Below are positions 36,046 through 39,229 of a stretch of DNA of 39,229 nucleotides, in pieces. The stretch's first letter is position 1; every line of letters begins with the position of its first letter. The notes beneath the pieces were generated by a model. The model was not told the DNA's origin, did no database searches, and saw nothing but the letters and a program-made list of their open reading frames with translations. The translations under genes and the position numbers were made by a program. Source of the DNA: Bacilli bacterium (GTDB taxonomy: Bacteria; Bacillota_I; Bacilli_A; ML615J-28; CAG-698); NCBI GenBank assembly GCA_028693535.1, contig JAQUVC010000001.1, positions 1 to 39,229 of the forward strand, in the 5' to 3' direction.

Positions 36046-37842
36046 CTATGCAGTAATAATAGCGCCTACAGGGCATACTACTTTACATGCTCCACATTTA
36101 ATACATATACTTGTATCAATTTTGTGCATTTCTTTAATATTACCAGTAATGGCTGCTGCAGGACATCCTCGTTTACATTTGCCACAACCGATACATTTAT
36201 CCGTTACATAATAATTAATCAAAGCTTTACATACTCCTGCAGGACATCTTTTTTCAACGACGTGAGCAATATACTCCTCTTTGAAATTTTTCAATGTTGA
36301 TAAAACAGGATTTGGAGCTGTTTGCCCCAACCCACAAAGAGCAGAATCTCGAATAGAATTTGCTAACGTTTCAAGTTCATCTATATCTTCTAATGTTCCT
36401 TTACCCTCTGTAATCTTTTCTAAAATTTCCAACATTCTTCTTGTCCCTTCACGACAAGGAGTACATTTACCACAAGACTCATCAACTGTAAACTCTAAGA
36501 AGAATCTTGCTACATCAACCATACAGTTGTCTTCATCCATAACAATCATTCCACCACTACCCATCATTGATCCCAATGAAATTAATGTTTCATAATCAAT
36601 TTTAGCATCAAGGTCACGATATGTTAAGCATCCTCCAGATGGACCTCCTGTTTGTACTGCTTTAAAAGCTTTCCCTTTAGGAATTCCACCACCAATATTA
36701 TAAATCACATCTCTTAATGTGGTTCCCATTGGAATTTCCAATAAACCTGTGTTATTAATCTTTCCACCTAAAGCAAATACTTTAGTTCCTTTTGATTTCT
36801 CTGTTCCAATTGAGTTAAACCAATCAGCACCTTTATTAATAATTTGTGGAACATTAGCATATGTTTCAACGTTATTGATAATTGTCGGTTTTCCCCACAA
36901 CCCCTTATCTCCTGGGAATGGTGGTTTATTACGAGGCATTCCTCTTTCACCTTCAATAGAAGCCATCAATGCTGTTTCTTCCCCACAAACGAACGCTCCA
37001 GCACCCAGTCTTGCTTCTAAATCAAATGAAAATTCACTGCCAAATATATTTTTTCCCAACAAACCATTTTCATAAGCTTGTTTAATTGCATGATTAAGTC
37101 TTTCTACTGCTAGTGGATATTCAGCACGAATATAAACATATCCCTGACTCGCGCCAATTGCATAGCCCCCAATAGCCATAGCTTCAATTACAGAATGAGG
37201 ATCGCCTTCTAAAACGGCTCGATCCATAAATGCACCTGGATCTCCTTCGTCAGCATTACAAATGATGTACATTTGCTCCTTACCTCGATGTTTAGATGCT
37301 AATTTCCACTTTAGGCCTGTTGGAAATCCAGCTCCTCCGCGTCCTCGCAATCCTGATTTCGAAATTAAATCGATAACTTCGTCAGGTGTCATTTCAGTTA
37401 GAACTTTTCCCAAAGCCATATAACCATCACGAGCGATATATTCATTAATATCAAACGGATTAATAATACCACAATTTCTCAAAGCGATTCTTTCTTGCTT
37501 TGCATAGAAAGTCATTTCTTGGAATTTTTTTATTTTTGCTTCATCTTCTGGAGTCATTTCTGTATATGCTTTACGGGCAACAATTCTTCCTTTTAAAAGA
37601 TGTTCTTTACAAATTTCTTCTACATCCTCCACCTTAACGTGTGAATAAAAAGTCATATCTGGATATACAACAACGACAGGTCCTTTCTCACAAAGACCGA
37701 AACATCCGCTCATAAAAACGGAAACTTCGTTTTGAAGTCCCACCTCTTTAATTTTTTCAACAAATTCGTTTTTGATGAGTTCAGACTTTGAAGACATACA
37801 TCCTGTACCACCACAAACGACCACTTGCGCTCTAATTGCCAT
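36046..37842 (-). CDS. hydB: Hydrogenase NAD(P)H/FMN-binding subunit (NuoF-like HydB)
   Basis: 598 aa. N-terminal Trx-like 2Fe-2S (CGGTGC...CFGLC); GGAGFPTGLKW; NADEGDPGAF; ESCGKCTPCREG. The C-terminus has CIGCGKCKRGCP and CIKCGACKVVCP. Confidence 0.93.
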   Translation of the reverse strand: MAIRAQVVVCGGTGCMSSKSELIKNEFVEKIKEVGLQNEVSVFMSGCFGLCEKGPVVVVYPDMTFYSHVKVEDVEEICKEHLLKGRIVARKAYTEMTPEDEAKIKKFQEMTFYAKQERIALRNCGIINPFDINEYIARDGYMALGKVLTEMTPDEVIDLISKSGLRGRGGAGFPTGLKWKLASKHRGKEQMYIICNADEGDPGAFMDRAVLEGDPHSVIEAMAIGGYAIGASQGYVYIRAEYPLAVERLNHAIKQAYENGLLGKNIFGSEFSFDLEARLGAGAFVCGEETALMASIEGERGMPRNKPPFPGDKGLWGKPTIINNVETYANVPQIINKGADWFNSIGTEKSKGTKVFALGGKINNTGLLEIPMGTTLRDVIYNIGGGIPKGKAFKAVQTGGPSGGCLTYRDLDAKIDYETLISLGSMMGSGGMIVMDEDNCMVDVARFFLEFTVDESCGKCTPCREGTRRMLEILEKITEGKGTLEDIDELETLANSIRDSALCGLGQTAPNPVLSTLKNFKEEYIAHVVEKRCPAGVCKALINYYVTDKCIGCGKCKRGCPAAAITGNIKEMHKIDTSICIKCGACKVVCPVGAIITA

Positions 37843-37851
37843 ATTTCCCTC

Positions 37852-38220
37852 CTACTTCAAGAACTTAGTTATTAGTAAGTCTTCAACAACTTTACCACCA
37901 ATAACATGTTCTGTAATTATTCTTTGTGCATCTTTTTCTTTTACTCTACAATAAGTAGTTCTTTCACCAACAGTATTATATACCTCAACAATTGGTTCTA
38001 AAGCACATTGGCCCATACAGCCTACTTGGGTAACTGTAACATTTAATAAGTTTCTTTTCGAAACTTCTTCGACCAATGCATTAAGAACAGGTCTTGCTCC
38101 AGCTGTAATCCCACATGTTGCCATACCTACAACTACTCGGTATCCATCCTTTTGCTCCCGCATACTCATTTTTTGTGCAGCAGCTTCTCTAATTTTCTTT
38201 AAGTCATCTAAAGATTTCAT
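37852..38220 (-). CDS. Small thioredoxin-like (2Fe-2S) ferredoxin-domain protein (HydD-like)
   Basis: 122 aa containing VVVGMATCGITAG...VGCMGQCALEP. ATGA overlap with the upstream HATPase_c gene. Confidence 0.8.
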   Translation of the reverse strand: MKSLDDLKKIREAAAQKMSMREQKDGYRVVVGMATCGITAGARPVLNALVEEVSKRNLLNVTVTQVGCMGQCALEPIVEVYNTVGERTTYCRVKEKDAQRIITEHVIGGKVVEDLLITKFLK

Positions 38221-38768
38221 AGTTCCTCCTCTTTAATAAACTGCAAACCTTCTTTTATATAGCCTTTTATCCACATCATAATATCGATTTGTTTGAAAGA
38301 AACTCCATCAAGAATTTGCTTTATTTCTTTTGTGTTCAGTGTAAATTTTTTATTATTAACCGAATGATTATAGGTGATATCCACTTCTTCATCGTTTATC
38401 ATTAATGTATAAATCGTATCAACAATATTCCCCATTGGGGGTCTATCCATGTTGCTATATTTTAGTGTTCCTATTAATCTCGTTCCTTTTTTTTCTTGTG
38501 ATTCAATTTGGAAACTTCCCAAACAAGTCTCACATAATTCTTTAAATATTGGAATTCCCAGGCCAACACGTCTTGTCAATCTACTTGTAAAGAATGGATC
38601 AGTAACCTTTGCTAGCATTGCCTCATTCATTCCTTTACCATCATCGATAATTTCGATGGCTAGTAAATCGTTCTTTATATCCTCTGTAATGTTAATGATA
38701 ATATTTTTACTATCTGCTTTAATGGAATTTTGAACAATATCTAATATGTATAACGATAATTCATTCAT
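38217..38768 (-). CDS. Stand-alone HATPase_c (GHKL) ATP-binding protein, histidine-kinase / anti-sigma-kinase-like
   Basis: 183 aa. N-box ILDIVQNSIKA, G1 IDDGKGM, G2 RVGLGIP. There is no DHp/His-phosphotransfer or sensor domain. The start overlaps the PHP gene stop (ATGAATGA). Confidence 0.85.
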   Translation of the reverse strand: MNELSLYILDIVQNSIKADSKNIIINITEDIKNDLLAIEIIDDGKGMNEAMLAKVTDPFFTSRLTRRVGLGIPIFKELCETCLGSFQIESQEKKGTRLIGTLKYSNMDRPPMGNIVDTIYTLMINDEEVDITYNHSVNNKKFTLNTKEIKQILDGVSFKQIDIMMWIKGYIKEGLQFIKEEEL

Positions 38769-39229
38769 GCTTTTTCTCCAAGTATTTTCTTAATCCTTGA
38801 AATGTTAATTCTTCTAATTCTATGAAATTTATTCTTTCATTTATCATTTCTAAAGAATGCGCATCAGAATTATATAGTTTGGGTATTTTCTCTAAGCTTG
38901 TGTTTTCCATTAATGTTTGTTCAATATTTTCTTTGTTATATATCTCAATTCCATCGATATCAAATGGCTGTAAATTTTGATACACATCTAATATCCCACT
39001 ACCAACACGGTTAATATGAGCAGGAATAACAATTCCTTGAAACTCTCTAACAACCTTTATTAATTGGGAAAATGTGATATCTAAAGGGTAATTAAGAAGA
39101 TATTCTATTTCCTGTAATGGCATATCATATTCATCATATATCAATTGCTGACCATATTTTTTATTATCATGTGGCTGTTTAGTATTTACCGCTTCTAAGA
39201 CTTTATCAAATTTCATCGCTTCTTCTAGG
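38761..39229 (-). CDS. PHP (polymerase/histidinol-phosphatase) domain protein; N-terminus off window
   Basis: The frame stays open upstream of the track's ATG to the window edge (...LEEAMKFDK). PHP C-terminal motifs are IPAHINR and NSDAHS. Confidence 0.75.
   Translation of the reverse strand, partial: LEEAMKFDKVLEAVNTKQPHDNKKYGQQLIYDEYDMPLQEIEYLLNYPLDITFSQLIKVVREFQGIVIPAHINRVGSGILDVYQNLQPFDIDGIEIYNKENIEQTLMENTSLEKIPKLYNSDAHSLEMINERINFIELEELTFQGLRKYLEKKHE

Noticed and set aside
718-37954. Many 60-130-aa ORFs from the track that lie antisense to, or in alternate frames of, conserved genes. Examples: 718-1113+, 4666-4953+, 8581-8877+, 16784-17155+, 32362-32547-, 36719-37075+, 36768-36956-.
   Set aside because: Each is fully embedded in a gene with clear family motifs. 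They have no SDs and their composition is typical of AT-rich shadow ORFs.
1-39229. Possibility of Mollicutes genetic code 4 (TGA = Trp).
   Set aside because: Conserved Trp positions (for example L2 TPWGK and the S14 C-terminal W) use TGG. TGA terminates several genes at sensible lengths and in ATGA overlaps (map, HATPase_c, PHP).
1-39229. Search by eye for CRISPR repeats, IS/transposase or integrase genes, tRNA/rRNA, prophage modules, restriction-modification systems, or known defence gene sets.
   Set aside because: None seen. No regularly spaced repeats, no recombinase-like ORFs and no tRNA-like sequences. The nucleases present (DnaQ-BRCT and the DUF2779-like gene) lack the partner genes that define known systems.

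Overview
AT-rich, standard-code (TGG = Trp; TGA, TAA and TAG all used as stops) bacterial DNA. It looks like an anaerobic low-GC Bacillota or Mollicutes-related (Erysipelotrichia-like) lineage; that call rests only on gene content and protein style and is not verifiable here. Almost everything is on the minus strand.

Layout:
1. 1-3.0 kb: a partial NusG-domain-II-like gene, a tiny hydrophobic ORF, and a MacB-type fused ABC ATPase/permease.
2. 3.1-17.7 kb: a complete, canonical S10-spc-alpha ribosomal superoperon (rpsJ through rplQ, including secY-adk-map-infA-rpmJ-rpsM-rpsK-rpoA) behind a consensus promoter.
3. 17.8-22.8 kb: housekeeping and miscellaneous genes: YebC-family regulator, N-acyl-amino-acid-synthase-like GNAT, Fe-S aldo/keto reductase, ThpR/LigT, RluA-family pseudouridine synthase, DnaQ-like exonuclease-BRCT.
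4. 22.9-31.7 kb: an accessory-looking cell-surface block. It holds a 644-aa lipoprotein with a C39-like peptidase domain, a divergent SGNH esterase-ECF sigma-putative anti-sigma operon, an 851-aa orphan lipoprotein, and a DUF2779-like double nuclease.
5. 31.8-34.2 kb: an ABC importer with binding protein and permease but no ATPase, plus a Crp/Fnr regulator.
6. 34.2-39.2 kb: the 3' part of a multimeric [FeFe]-hydrogenase operon (PHP, HATPase_c, small 2Fe-2S ferredoxin, HydB, HydA).

I found no rRNA, tRNA, CRISPR array, IS/transposase, integrase, or any recognisable known defence system.

The items I consider most worth follow-up:
- an orphan strong promoter driving a C-rich two-hairpin RNA at ~24.87-25.01 kb;
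- a Cys-to-Ser change in the H-cluster L1 motif of HydA;
- the PHP/HATPase_c module fused onto the hyd operon, with no NuoE-like HydC at its usual place;
- a small occluded-SD hydrophobic ORF paired with an opposite-strand terminator at 0.44-0.63 kb;
- the DUF2779-like nuclease apparently co-transcribed with a giant lipoprotein.

None of these is demonstrated to be a new system; all are hypotheses from sequence reading alone.
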